Source: Macrostomum lignano
Taxonomy: Eukaryota
Length of the DNA: 64,000 nucleotides
Reading direction: 5' to 3'
NCBI GenBank assembly: GCA_002269645.1
Contig: NIVC01000696.1
Location: 310,001-374,000 of the forward strand
Shown: positions 26,809 to 40,119 of the stretch, in pieces
Layout of the letters: every line of letters starts with the position of its first letter
Numbering within the stretch: position 1 is the first letter of the stretch
Notes under the pieces: model-generated
Told to the model about the DNA's origin: nothing
What the model saw: only the letters and a program-made list of their open reading frames with translations
Databases searched by the model: none
Translations under genes and position numbers: made by a program

Positions 26809-28982
26809 TCACTTGGTGGACGAGTTTTCCGGACTGACGCGGTTGCGCAGCCGCAGGAACGTGTAGGCGAATGCATTGTAAACCCCGCCCAGGTTAGTGA
26901 AGGACACGGCCGCCTGGTAGTTGAAGGGCGTCAGCTTGCCGTTGCTAAAGTTCACGATGAAGAATACGAAGAGGGACAGCCACTGCAGGTACAGGATCAG
27001 GATGAACACCGTGAACTGCGTGGCCAGCCGGTTCATGCCGGAGTTGCTGCTGGACTCCGCCAGACCGCTGCGCCGCAGTCGCTGGGCGGACACGCAAAGC
27101 TTGATTGGGATCGCGGAGTAGCAGAAGGTGCCAACTGTGACCGTGATCCAGGGGAAAACGGCCTCGTAAACTATCGCTAGGGTCGAGTAGATTGGCAAAT
27201 TTATATCGATGCCGCACCTGCGAGATTATGCGGGTGCACCTGCAGACTTTCCTCTCTGACGAGCGTTCTCTCCAGAATGAAACCAACTAGCAATGATAGA
27301 GGAGAGAGAAGAGGAAAGAACAGATGACAGATGAGAAAAAAGGAGAGGCGCGAGGCGAGAAGATGAGATGAGAGATGGGAAGAGAGTAGAGTAGACACAA
27401 CCCTCAAGTGGGTCGAATGGCTCTTTTGAAGCTTCAAAAGACCCCGAGGGCCTGATAGAGAGCTGGGATTTGCCGAACCTCTTCCCCTAGAAGCAGCAGA
27501 CCTTACCAGAGACCAGCAAAGCCGAACCAGCCCACGCTGACGCCAACAATGCTGAGCAGGCCTGGGATCAGGAAGGAAACCGATAGCAAAGCGATGTCAA
27601 ACGATGGCCATTGCACCTGTAGATAGAAAAAAAGCATAGAAAAAAGAAAAAATTGTCTCATTCTATTCATATTCCGTGTGTACGAGCGTAAATTCCCCAT
27701 TTTTAACATTTTGCTATCAACAGCAAAAGTAAACGCTGGTATCCAATTGTAGCTCTGAAAACGGGGGTAACATTGAAAAAATTCAGGGCCAATGTACATG
27801 CTGTGCTAGGGTACAGTATCTACTATAGCTCAGGTTTAGGTTTATGGTCTAGGTTACTTAGAATCAGGGGGGCTGTGTGCACCCCGGTGAACTTTAAGCG
27901 ACATTGTCACACAACCGGTGTGAGGCATTACTGGGTCGCCATCATAAGCCCGAAGTGTCACAAACCCGAAATAGCATAACTCCGAAAAACAAAATAGCAA
28001 CGCCCAGCATAAACCCGAAATATCATAAACCCGAAAAATCACAACTCCGAAAACAAAAATAGCATTGCCCACTATAAAGCCGAAATATCATAACTTCGTA
28101 AGTGTTAGCAACGCCCATCAAAAACCCGAAATATCACAAATCCGAAATATCCTAACTCCGAAAACCAAAATAGTGTTGGACATTGCTAGAACTTTCGGAA
28201 TTATGATATTTCGGGTTTATGATGGAAAGCTGTTTTCGGAGTTGTGATGCCCCGCAGTCAAATTGTTGGCAATCAAATGGCTGGCAGGCAGTCCAGTGCC
28301 GTAGACCCCAGTAAAAGAGTAGCCAGGCGCAGGTCCAGCATGGGGGAAACCTATGACAATACTATATAAGTCTCTTCAATATCTGTATCAAGGGTTCAAA
28401 AAACGTTGAAAAAGACAACAAAAAACTGACCCCAGCTGAGGTGGGTATGGCCCCGCTACGCTCACAACCCTGGACAACAGCGTACTGCTTCATGGAGTAC
28501 CTTTTTTCCCAGGACGACACCGATGAAGGCAGACACGGCCACGAAGCTGGCTATCATGCAGCTGGCGTCGAGTCCCCAGTGAAAGAAGAAGGCGCAAATC
28601 TTGCAGACGAAGAAGTTAGTTGTCTCATTGTTCGCGTAGAGGATAATGTGGTCGATGCCGTGCGACGCGGTGAAGAAAATGTCGCCGATTGCGAGATAGA
28701 TCTGAAATTCCAGTTCGTTTCGAAAGCGTCACTTGCTGTTTTATCTAAGCTTCAAAAACAAAAAAAGAAAAGCTGGAAAGCTCACCACGAGCCTGTCCAT
28801 CATTGGCTTCTTCCTCAGCGGTACCCTGTAGCCCTTCATGACGAATGACAGCACAATGACAGAGCAGGACGCCACCACTGAGCACAGGCAGCAGCTGAAT
28901 GCGATGACGTGAAGCTCGCGGATGAACTCGAGGCTAAGCGATCCAGCAGAAGGACTTTTAGTGGCATTGCTGTTGAATTCAT
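26809..28982 (-). CDS. Seven-transmembrane GPCR-like protein (Git3/cAMP-receptor-like appearance)
   Basis: Exons ~28982-28786 (TM1, HVIAFSCCLCSVVASCSVIV), 28701-28501 (IYLAIGDIFFTASHGIDH...CKICAFF), 27616-27507 (TM4, ending in W) and 27217-26809 (WC...TM5-TM7, GVYNAFAYTFL*). Phases 0/0/2 are consistent. The N-terminal start is unresolved because the ATG at 28982 is one base out of frame. The family assignment is by eye. Confidence 0.8.
27945..28311. mobile_element. Non-autonomous foldback/MITE-like element built from CATAA(A/C)(C/T)CCGAAA subunits with inverted copies at the right end
   Basis: Direct subunits at 27950-28165 and inverted subunits (TTTCGGGTTTATGAT, TTTCGGAGTTGTGATG) at 28195-28250. 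The right end shares TCAAATGGCTGGCAG...TAGA(C/T)CC with 3155-3206. Confidence 0.55.
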
Positions 28983-30689
28983 CGCGCCTGATTTCAACGA
29001 CTTCTTTTGTCGAAAACCTTTGAACTGCTTTCCCACCTACCTCGAATGTTTCCGATCAAGCGACGCTGCTTTAAATCTTAGCGAAACTCACTGCGGTTGC
29101 CATGACAGTGGCAAACAAACTGCATGAATAATGAAAGCGTACACAACTAACTCAGCGCTAAGCAATGAGACTCTGGGAGAGCAACATCTGGCAACAACAT
29201 GAGATCTTGCAGCCCGTGTAGCCACTCTGTTTTGCATGAAGGATATTTGAGCAAAGCAATCATTTCTTTTTCCATCTCAGTACAGGTACTCAGCAGTAAT
29301 TGAAGTCACTCCTCTCTTTTTGCTCTGCTTTTCGTTCAATCGCGCGCCTGTCAAGCGAAGCTGTTGACGCCCTGCCCTACTGTAAGCCTGCTGTTTACCT
29401 ACGGGCCATGCAAACTCAACGAAAGCTGCATTTTTAACCCGACACACCTAAGAGAGCACTCGGACAGGGAAAAACAGAATGAAGCCTATCTGGGCAATGT
29501 CTGTAGTGCAATAGTCCAGAGTCAAGACTTCCACTTGACGACTTCTTTAACGGTCTTTTTCAGCATGTAGACTAGAAGCTGCTGAAATAACTTCATAACA
29601 GCACTCTAGCTGAGCTCCTTGGCTGTTTCAGTAATGAGTAGTCAGGTAGTGATTTATTACACAAACTAATCAACCAAACAGATGAAAGTTGCTAGAGTTA
29701 GAGTCGAGTTTGGTAGCATTTTTCCAAGGCGATGGAGCCAGTTGGAAGGACGCAAGGTTGGGCTTAGGCATAAAAAACTCGATGGCCAATACCAGTATGA
29801 AAAAGGATGAAGCATAGAAGCTCATGTAGACTCAGGTCACATTAATTTGGGGCTCATGCACAATGTGCAGCACCCGATCAGTATGACGTTCATTTTGCTG
29901 CCGCAGCCGAAATGTTACGCTCGGAAGGAATGGAAATGGCCAGATTTAGAAGATTTTGTTGGTCCTTTTTAGAGCATTTCATTGTGCCTGCCTGCAATCA
30001 ATAACTAGAAAATGAAGTTAGTAAGGAAATCAATTTCCTAATTGGTCAAATTTGTGGCATCAAAACCATTTTCGCAAAGCAAAACAACTTAATTTAAGTG
30101 TATTTTCTGAAATTTAAAACGCATTTACCATGAGGAAACGAAAACAGTTAAAAGAAATACAAGCGCTATAATCTGGCTGGGAAATTGGGGCTTCAGCAGA
30201 GTTGAAACCTTTATAAGTTGCTGATACCAACTAACCAGAACAGTTAAGCAATATGTTACGATAGCCGTGCTCTAATTTCTACTAAATAGCTAGTAAGGTC
30301 TTCAATTGGCAAAAATTAAAGAACTCAAAATTTGATTTTGGATACCAATGCACAAAGGCATTTTTTTCTATAGAGGAGAATGAAGAGCAAATTAACATCC
30401 GATACAACTCTGGGTATTTAAGTCATGAAAACTCCTACATTAGGATGTTTAAATTTGAAACAAAAACTAATAGAAACAGTATATAAATGAATAAAGCCCA
30501 GCTCTTAGCCAAGCACAAGCCATGGCTTGGGAGCGGGCACACAAGACAATCTTAAACAGCCGGGCACGAACAAAGAAATGAAAAGAACATGGTTGTAATT
30601 TTACTAGCGAGAACACTTAGACATTAGCAGAGAATACCTGGACAGCATCCGTTTCTGACCTTATCGTTCTAAGGAAACCAAGACTTAGA

Positions 30690-31277
30690 TTCCTAGTGGA
30701 AACCAAGACCTAGCTACCTAGTGGAAACCAAGACCTACTTCCTCGTGGAAACCAAGACTTAGCTTCCTAGTGGAAACAAAGACTTAGCTTCCTAGTGGAA
30801 ACCAAGACTTTGCTTCCTAGTGGAAACAAAGACTTAGCTTCCTAGTGGAAACAAAGACAGCTTCCTAGTGGAAACAAAGACTTAGCTTCCTAGTGGAAAC
30901 AAAGACAGCTTCCTAGTGGAAACAAAGACTTAGCTTCCTAGTGGAAACAAAGACTTAGCTTCCTAGTGGAAACAAAAACTTAGCTCCCTAGTGGAAACCA
31001 AGACCCTCTTCCTACTGATGGAAACCAAGACCTTCTTCCTACTGATGGAAACCAAGACCTTCTTCCTACTGATGGAAACCAAGACCTTCTTCCTACTGAT
31101 GGAAACCAAGACCTTCTTCCTACTGATGGAAACCAAGACCTTCTTCCTACTGATGGAAACCAAGACCTTCTTCCTACTGATGGAAACCAAGACCTTCTTC
31201 CTACTGATGGAAACCAAGACCTTCTTCCTACTGATGGAAACCAAGACCTTCTTCCTACTGATGGAAACCAAGACCTA
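30690..31277. repeat. Compound minisatellite: 25/23-bp units (CTTAGCTTCCTAGTGGAAACAAAGA), then ten or more 27-bp units (CCTTCTTCCTACTGATGGAAACCAAGA)
   Basis: Direct tandem repetition with a unit switch near 31003. Confidence 0.95.
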
Positions 31278-31657
31278 GCTTTCTAAAGGAAATATACGAA
31301 AATCTTAGAAGCACACGAGGCAACGCAGAAAAGGAGGCAACAGTTTACCGGAATCGAATGAAAACAGTATAAAAAGCAGCCAAGCTAATTGTACACAATA
31401 AGAACGAGAGAGCATTCGAATGGATGGGACCTTAATAGTGGATTTCTGACTAAATATTAATAATTACTATTCTCGAGATAGTTCAAAAGTATTATTTGAC
31501 AACGCTCCGCAACACGCAGTGGCGAGAATGGATCAAAACAAAGGAGACCAGGGTGAAAAAACCGGACTCGCAGTAGAACCAAGAAACTTCCAGCTAGCTG
31601 TCCCAATATGCAGTCCTTTCCAATAGGCGGCGACACTGCTTGTTTAGAAAAAAATGC

Positions 31658-34600
31658 TTATAACTCGTCGCGCAGAATGGTGTACCGATTCCGGCTTGGT
31701 GACAGGTTTTTAAAGACGCTCTTCGGAGGGCTGGTCGCATGTGAAGGCGGCTGCTGCTTGGCCTGGTCGGTGCGGGGAGCGTGGTCCTTCTCACCCGGCT
31801 GCTCCTGTTGGCGGGGGAGGGGAATTCGGGTTGTTCACAATTCCTCCGTGACAAGGACTGCGCATCTAGGGAATTCAGGTTGTTCACAATTCCTCAGTGA
31901 CCAGCTGCTAGGGAACGGGACTGCGCATCTAGGGAATTCAGGTTGTTCACAATTCCTCAGTGACCAGGACTGCGCATCCAGGGAATTCAGGTTGTTCACA
32001 ATTCCTCAGTGACCAGGACTGCGCATCTAGGGAATTCAGTTGTTCACAACTCCTCAGTGACCAGCTGCTAGGGAACGGGACTGCGCATCTAGGGAATTCA
32101 GGTTGTTCACAATTCCTCAGTGACCAGGACTGCGCATCTAGGGAATTCAGTTGTTCACAATTCCTCAGTGACCAGCTGCTAGTGAACAGGACTGCGCACC
32201 TAGGGAATTCAGGTTGTTCACAATTCCTCAGTGACCAGCTGCTAGTGAACGGGACTGCGCATCTAGGGAATTCAGTTGTTCACAATTCCTCAGTGACCAG
32301 CTGCTAGTGAACAGGACTGCGCATCTAGGGAATTCAGGTTGTTCACAATTCCTTAGTGACCAGCTGCTAGTGAACGGGACTGCGCATCTAGGGAATTCAG
32401 GTTGTTCACAATTCCTCCGTGACCAGGACTGCGCATCTAGGGAATTCAGGTTGTTCACAATTCCTCCGTGACCAGGACTGCGCATCTAGGGAATTCAGGT
32501 TGTTCACAATTCCTCAGTGACCAGCTGCTAGTGAACGGGACTAACTAGTCAAATACCAAAGGCTCACTGGGGGCACTTCAACGTGCTGCGGACTGGCCGC
32601 TGTGGTTGGATCCGGGCCGTGGTGGAACTCCCTATGCAGCTTGCCGCTCTGCAGGTCGGCCACAAAGTCCGAGAACCGCTCGGGATGGTTCTGCAAGCTG
32701 TCGCGGACATCGTGCGGGAACACGTACATGTGCTTGAAGCTGTCTATGGCTACAACAGGCAAGTCGCTGACAGTTTTGCCCAGATGGTGCAGCGGATGCG
32801 AGAACACAGCGCCTTGGCCAGTGAGGAAATTCACACTGCCTGAAATTTGCGGTGGACAAGCAGAAAAGATAAGCTTGATGTATACACTGGTACAGTATAC
32901 ACTACTTATGGAATAAAATTCACAAGCTCTGAGCCGGTGGAAATAATCTCAGAAGAGGATTTTCAGCTACTTAGTACATAAGTAGTATAAATCGAATATA
33001 ACTGCTATTTTCAACTTTTCAGCAAGAATCGACACATACGCCTGTGGTGGCTCAGGTGCCGCTCAACTACCGACTTAAAGGAGTCCACAATAGCCGAATC
33101 GTCATTTGGATAGAACAGGATAAAGAAGGGCAGGCCCTCCTCGGTGAGCTCCTCCGCATTCTGGAATGTGATCTCGCGCACCAGCGGCACGCATTGGGAC
33201 ATGACGAATTCCTTGAGCGAGTCTTCGCCAGGCTTTGGCAGACTTATTCGGCTTCCCACATCCGGCTGCGGGGGGGGGGTGCGGTGCGCTATTGGTGAGC
33301 AGCTGTGCGCGTAGGAGAAAGATGTACGAATTAGTTAATAAAGATGGGACGAATATTCGGTATTCGAAAAATTGGTCATTTCGTATGCATTGCTTGTAAT
33401 GAATCCAAATATTCGGTATTCAGAAATTTATGAATTTAAATATTCTGTATTTGGATACTCATGGATCTGAATATTCGGTATTTTGTTAAATAATGATTCC
33501 CAAAATTCGGTATTCAGAAAACTTATGGATCTAATTATATGGTATTCGGAAGACTATGCATCCGAAAATTCGGTATTCGGAAAACATGGATCCGAATATT
33601 CGTATTTGGAAAATGATGGATCCAAATATTCGGTATTTCGGATTCGTAAAATAATGGAACTGAACATTTGGCATTCGGAAAATAATGGAACTGAATATTC
33701 GGCATTCGGAAAATAATGGAACTGAATATTCGGCATTCGGAAAATAATGGAACTGAACATTTGGCATTCGGAAAATAATGGAACTGAATATTCGGCATTC
33801 GGAAAAAAAATGGAACTGAATATTCGGCATTCGGAAAATAATGGAACTGAATATTCGGCATTCGGAAAATGATGGATCCGAATACTCGGTATTTCGGATT
33901 CGAAAAAAATCAATAATTCATTCCATATCTTGAAACTAGCACACGGAATGGCTTGTTTCGCAGAATTCTTGTGCTGCCTGCATGACATTAACAGTGATAA
34001 CTTACCCCCTTTTGGAAGACTATTTTCTCAGGCTCGCCCTTTATTCTGTAAAGAGATGAGAGTAATTTTCAATTGGTAAAACAATACACAAGCCAGAACT
34101 ACTACAGCGAGTACAGTCTGATGGGGCACACAGAAACCGCAGGCTTCACCTACCCAACAACGCTGATAAACTTGCAGTCGTCGCGCAGCATGGAAGCAAC
34201 TCGCGAGAATTCTACAAATCCCGTCGAATTGTTCGAAGTGAAGAAGCCAACAATGCCGCCCTGGTCCTTCTCCAGCGGGATTGGTACTGCGTCAGTCGGT
34301 TCGGATTCAGATTTTTCAATCTGGAATGCAGCAAGCCAGCGCCAAGCATTTATTTATTACTCTGATTTACCACTAGAGTTCCACCTAAAATGGATTTTAT
34401 CAGTGCCCCTCTATACTTAGCTTGCTTTAAGCCAATTTGAGTGTTGATAATCGTATAGTGTTGTTAATCTTGTTGTTAATCTTAACTTTAGCCCCCACCA
34501 TCCCCACAGCACAACATGCACGTGGCTTGAGTCCCCGACCCCAAGATTTTAAGAGTTCTCATCACGAAAGCTTTTAAACTAGCAGCATTCAATAATTTCT

Positions 34601-35576
34601 ACTTCTCTACCCCACCCCCATGAAATCAAGTGCTCTAACGGTTTTTAAGTATTCTTTATCACAGTTGCCCAGTAGCCAGCATTACTAGATACTTGAACTA
34701 GATATGGGGGAGACATGTCTTCCCATAACTAATATCCATATGCTCTATCTGAAAACCTCCGTATCCGTAACTTCCCAAAGCCCCCCGGCGACTAACTTAG
34801 CGAAAAAAATAGAAAATCTCACGTTCTAGAAACACCAACAAGAAATGAACAAGTTAGAAATTTCATTTTATTCCATTAAATGACATTGCGAAAATTCATT
34901 TTATGATTATGGCGGACATCTGGAGTATAACACATGGGCCGAAACAAGCCCAAGGGACAGACAGAACAATGCAAGGTTATGTTGATCAACTTACACGAAT
35001 CACAGTCTCAGCAAGCTGCGTCCTAATGAACTCGCTGATCGCCTCCACTGAGCGCTGGCCTCGGTACTCCCTCTTTTGCATCTGACCGAATCTGACAGAG
35101 CAAGACAGGTCATGAAGATTACATTAGTACTCATTTATTACAGCCTAAATCACCATTCTGAGTGAACAAAATTCATATACGAGAAGACAGCGCACCTGAA
35201 CACTTTCATGGTTGGGTACTTGTTGACTTTAAAAGACTGCGCCAAATTGACCTCGCGGTCGCAGTCAACCTTCCCAACAATAAGCTGACTGTCATCAGGA
35301 AACTCCTGCTTCAGTTTCTTGCCAACCTCCTCGATGATTGGCGACAAAGCCTGGCTAAAGTGACACCAATCAGCGTAGAAGTTCACAAAGCTGAACTTTG
35401 AAGCAGCTGGAATGAGTTTATAGTTACACTTGGCAGATGATGAAAAATTTAAGCGCAAACTTACTAATGCAAAAATACTTACCAAGCACGCTCTTAACAT
35501 TGGCGTCATTTAGCTGGACAACTGAGGCACCGCCGACTGACAGGCTCAGAATGAGGAGACATATTTGCTTCAGCAT
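31658..35576 (-). CDS. ERP44: Endoplasmic reticulum resident protein 44 (PDI family; signal peptide, thioredoxin domains, C-terminal RDEL)
   Basis: Exons 35576-35483 (MLKQICLLILSLSVGGASVV signal peptide), 35406-35196 (VNFYADWCHFS...KYPTMKVFR), 35091-34995 (KREYRGQRSVEA), 34320-34154, 34045-34006, 33265-33040 (VPLVREITFQNAEELTEEGLPF), 32839-32568 (HPLHHLGK...SGKLHREFHHGPDP) and 31804-31658 (SVFKNLSPSRNRYTILRDEL*). All phases are consistent. Confidence 0.96.
31835..32540. repeat. Intronic minisatellite with mixed ~63-bp and 49-bp units (GGACTGCGCATCTAGGGAATTCAGGTTGTTCACAATTCCTCAGTGACCA[GCTGCTAGTGAACG])
   Basis: Direct tandem repetition in the last ERp44 intron. Confidence 0.92.
33342..33930. 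repeat. TE-like intronic element with GGATCCGAATATTCGG motifs and an internal 31-bp tandem array (AAATAATGGAACTGAATATTCGGCATTCGGA)
   Basis: Unit spacing 33671 to 33702, with degenerate related motifs on both sides. Confidence 0.8.
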
Positions 35577-38500
35577 AGTGGCTGCAATATTTTCAGTTGA
35601 GTTTTAGCAATTTAATTTAGTATAGCTGGATTGACTCTATTGAAGCCAATGGGGGTCTTGAAATTTTTAAATATGCTGTTGTTTGTCTGGTCCTATGGCT
35701 CTATGTCTGCTCAAATTACCAATGTGAGAGCTAAATAACTGAGGCGGCGGATTCAACTGACTTTTCCTGATGATGCAAACACTTGATGGTTACTTACAGA
35801 CCGTTGTATTTGATGGTCACAAACTCAAGCTGTTATCTTACAAATATAATGTCTAAGATGGAATTCCAAATAAGAAGCTCATTTGGTTCAAGTTACAATG
35901 GGTTCTGGTTGTTTGGGTGAACCAAAGGTTCAGTCTATTGTGGAGTAGGGTTTGTTTGGTAGTTTGGTTTCAATGAGTCAATTTATCGGTTTTGGTATTT
36001 GGGTTGAGACCCTAACTGTTTCAATTAAAAGTACACTCATAATTCCTAGATAGCTAACAGAAGCTAATAGAGGCAAGAATGAGACTGGCAAAAGGAGGGC
36101 GCAAAAGAGGGAGGCAAAAGAGAGGGGCGAAAGAAGGCGAGCTTCTTGCTTGGTTGACATGGGTTTTTATAGTACTTTTCAGTCTTGATCGCATTGGGTG
36201 GTACACAACTACTTTTCACTAGTTGAGGTCATGTCCTCAGCTTCTGCTAGTTGGAGCACATTTATTGGTTGAAATATACATTCAATCTGGATGGGAACTA
36301 TTAGGGTCAAAATGTATCGCTTCAGTCTCTGCAAATGGTGTCCTGCATCTATAAGGAATTTGAAGGAAATCAATTAGTGTGCCTGCATATTTTGAGCATG
36401 TTACATATTCTTGTAATCCTATACAGTTGTGCACCTAGGATCAAAGTTTTTCTGGATGCTTGTGTAGTTGATGGGGCATCTATGCCTTTTTTTAGATTTA
36501 AAGAAACATAACATAAATATTTCAATATAAAATATACTCAAATTATTAGTATAAATATAATATAGTTTCTAAAAGTTATTTGAAATTGATGCTTTTCTTT
36601 TAATGAAAATTTTCATTATTAGCATTTTCTTATAATTAGTGAATTATAAGATAATGCTGAGATTATAGTAGAACATTTTGAGCTATTTTAAAGGATATCA
36701 AAACTAAACTACATTTGAATACTTGCTAATAAATAGTGGGAAAATTGTATTTCTAATAGAAATATATGATTTAGTGATCTATTTACATCTTGAGAGAAAA
36801 GTCAATCAGAGCAAAACTTGCTATGTTATAGGACCTATGCAGTGCCTTTTATAGGCTTTATATATTAGATAAATAAAATAATACTTTTAAATAAGGATCA
36901 GACCATGGCTATGATAACAAATTCATATATATTATGAATTTTGCAAATGCACTTTAGAGATCAATCAATATAGGCTTTTGTACAAAAATGTTTGTATTTT
37001 AAGTTTGAACATTAGTTTATATGAAATAGTGATATACCTTTCCAACTGTAACTTATATTGTTTAATTTGCCCCCCCTCCTTGCTATTATCTATGGCTTAA
37101 AGCAGTCTTGCAGACCAAGTTAAGTAGGGCTTGGCAAAGCTAAGCAGAGGAGGCAAGCCTTGCTCAAAAAAGGAAGCATAAATATACTTGCAACAATGTT
37201 TTATAATTTATCATTATATTAGACTTTGTTCTATAACTTGGAACCCTTGGCCATTACAAATAGACCTATTATATATCCATTCACAATTTAGATACTAAAT
37301 TACAAATATATTTATATATTAAAAAATAAACAATATACTAGGCCCAAGATTTTATCATTTAGGGAAAGGACATATCAGGCCTACCTTTGTGGTTGGCATT
37401 ATAGCAATGAAAAAAAGCTCAGGCATGATTTTGAGAAGTGGTTTATAGGTCAACCCAAAGAGTGATTTGCCACTAGGATCAAGAAGTTGCCAGAGTGCTG
37501 AGATTGCTAGGCCTATATTAATGCTAATGGAGATAAATTTAAATAACTAAAAATTCAAAAATGAAAACTAAAAAATCCAAATAGAGTAGACTAATCCTTT
37601 TGGTTTTATGAATCTAAGTCTAAGAACTCTTTGATTGCCCCTTTTTGTATATTTTTATAGACAAAAGTGGCAAACAAACTGGCATTGACAATATGATAAT
37701 ATAGCATAGGCCTAACATAGCAGATAGCCTATTGTATCAGTATACCCTATGCCTATTGCAATTAAGGTCTAAATTGTGCCAGATATCCCCCTTTTTTGCA
37801 CTAATGTGCTAAATCACACTTGCACTATTGAGGGCCAACTGGGCAATCCATGCTAGGCAAAAGACCTAGACATTATCTAAAATAATCGAGGACCATTTGC
37901 TACTATAGACCTAGTGATTATAAACTAAAAGTGAAATATAGGCCTGTAGCTAAAAGTTGTGACTTGATAATTTAAATTAGTTGACAGGCTTTTCCTATTT
38001 TCAGCTTCAGTTCATGATCATTTCAATAGGCAAGCATTTGGGTGATTGTAAACTAAAGGTGAAATATAGGTCCTGTAGCTTAAAGTTGCCACTTGACAGT
38101 TTAAACTAGTTGACAGGCTTTCCTACTGCCAGCGATCATTTTAATGGGTGACATTATAAACCAAAGGTAAAATATTATAAGGTGCTACAAAAATCTTACC
38201 ATCTTTTGAAATAGATAGGCCTAATTAAAGGCAGTTTGTGAGTTTGCCAGCATTTGATTTGATTTCATTGGATTGAAAAATCACTATCAAATTTGATGTC
38301 TTATGACTGTTTTTTTGTAGTGATTGTCACTGTTTAAGGTGATTGTCACTAGTTAGGGTGATAGTAAACTGAAGGATTGCCCCATACACAATGTCAATAT
38401 TGCATAGCCATATGCCTATAAACTATAGTCATAGACATTAATAGGTAGGTATGGTAGGCTTAACCCTAGCTAGATATTAGGTAGTGGCTATGTCATATGC

Positions 38501-39453
38501 ATTCATGGATTATATGTATTCTTATATCAAAAAGTGTGCCCAATGAAAAGTCTTTTTTAGCTATAAAAATTTGAAAAAAAATGGGAAAAAATAAGACCTC
38601 TGGCAACAAAATCCATCAAGAAATAAAAAAATTATAGCAAATTGATTTTCAAAAGTTACATAATCTCGGAAAAATGATCACAGTGCCCTATGGAAAAAAT
38701 ACATTACGAGCTAGTACAAAAAATGTAGCACAAAATGTACCATAACTTTTTTAATACCCAACCAATTTTTATAAATGAAATGTCACCATGCTCATAAAGC
38801 ATGGATCTATATGATGAAGTACAAAAAATGGCCTAATTTTTAGTTTTAAAAACCTCACTGAAGTCCCTACCCTAGGCCTATTAAAAAACCATAGGCCTAG
38901 GGCATACGGCATAGGCCTTAGTCTATAGCCTATAGGCTACAGGCTACAGCTAGGCCTAATGTCTGTGAGCAAGGGCCTACAAATATAACTAAAACATTGA
39001 ATATGATTTCAGGTTATGGTTAGGCTTAATTTAATTGAATTAGGCCTATAAAAAAGATCTTGACTTTTTCATTCAAATTCGAGCAAGATACATAATTTTA
39101 GCTTTAGTTGTGCCTAGCCCTAGGCCTAGGGCCTGCACGATTTTGTCTTACTTAGGACTAGGTGTCTGGCGTCAGAATCTCTTTTCACATCGACAAATAT
39201 GAACGATGAGTAGACGGAATTTAACAGAAAAAGTAGGGTAAAAGTAAAAAATAACAATTGATTGAATACATAGCTATTTAGATTCAGACACTCCTATATT
39301 ATAGATGTACACTAAAAGTCAAAAGCAGAGCAGACTAGTGCCGTAGTGGGTGGCGTGAAACTACTGTTCCCTACGCAGCTTTTTCCTTGGCAAACTTGTT
39401 TCGAAGAAAACGGTATAGTCCGATGGACACGATTTGGCGCTAATTCAAATATG

Positions 39454-40119
39454 AGCCTCTTCACTGCAAGTTCGGTTATAGAACCAGAATAAATTTGAGT
39501 TCTAGAACCAGAACCAGTGTGAAATGAGGAGCTTCGAACCCATTTTATGTTTGACAGTCTTTACAATTTAATTTTGTCGTTTTTTTACTTCGTTTCCTCT
39601 TGGATATGACAAAAAACGAAATAATTATATAAACATATTAAAAATTGACGATTTCAAAGATATACTCAGCAACATTGTTCAAAGTCGCCATCACAGAAGA
39701 TTCCGTCTGTGGTCGCCACTTTTGAGAGTGCAGGTAAAGTCTTTCAATCTTTGCAAGTGATGCAACTCAGCTACGCCGCGGCAGACTTGAGTTCAAGAAT
39801 GAAGTGGGGGGAGCAGTGTGCGAGGGTTGGACGGATTAAAGCTACCCTGATCAGTTTTCTCATATCTTTTAATTCAGAACAGTCCAAAAGAAATATTGCT
39901 CACTGGCGCATAGAGTGGCGACTTTTCAATGTTGCTGAGTATATTTTACTACTGCTAAAGTGTAAACATGACAACGGTTCGAAAAAATTTCTCGAAACGT
40001 ATTCCAGAACCAGAATCATATTCCGGAACTGATTCTGTTTTTCGAACCATCGATATGAAGAGCGTCGAACCAGTTCGGAACCGGTTCCGTTTGTTTCGAA
40101 CCAGCGATACGAAGAGGCT
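39454..40119. mobile_element. Putative MITE with terminal inverted repeats AGCCTCTTC...GAAGAGGCT (Harbinger-like termini)
   Basis: 9-bp TIR at 39454-39462 and 40111-40119, with TATG on both flanks and subterminal GAACCAG motifs near both ends. A related short element (GGGCTTTTCATATT...AATATGAAAAGGCCC) lies at about 41038-41304. Confidence 0.5.

Noticed and set aside
31003-31277. Hammerhead ribozyme (CTGATG-GAAAC in each 27-bp unit)
   Set aside because: The core halves abut with no stem II, the conserved A of CUGAUGA is missing, and no stems I/III are evident.
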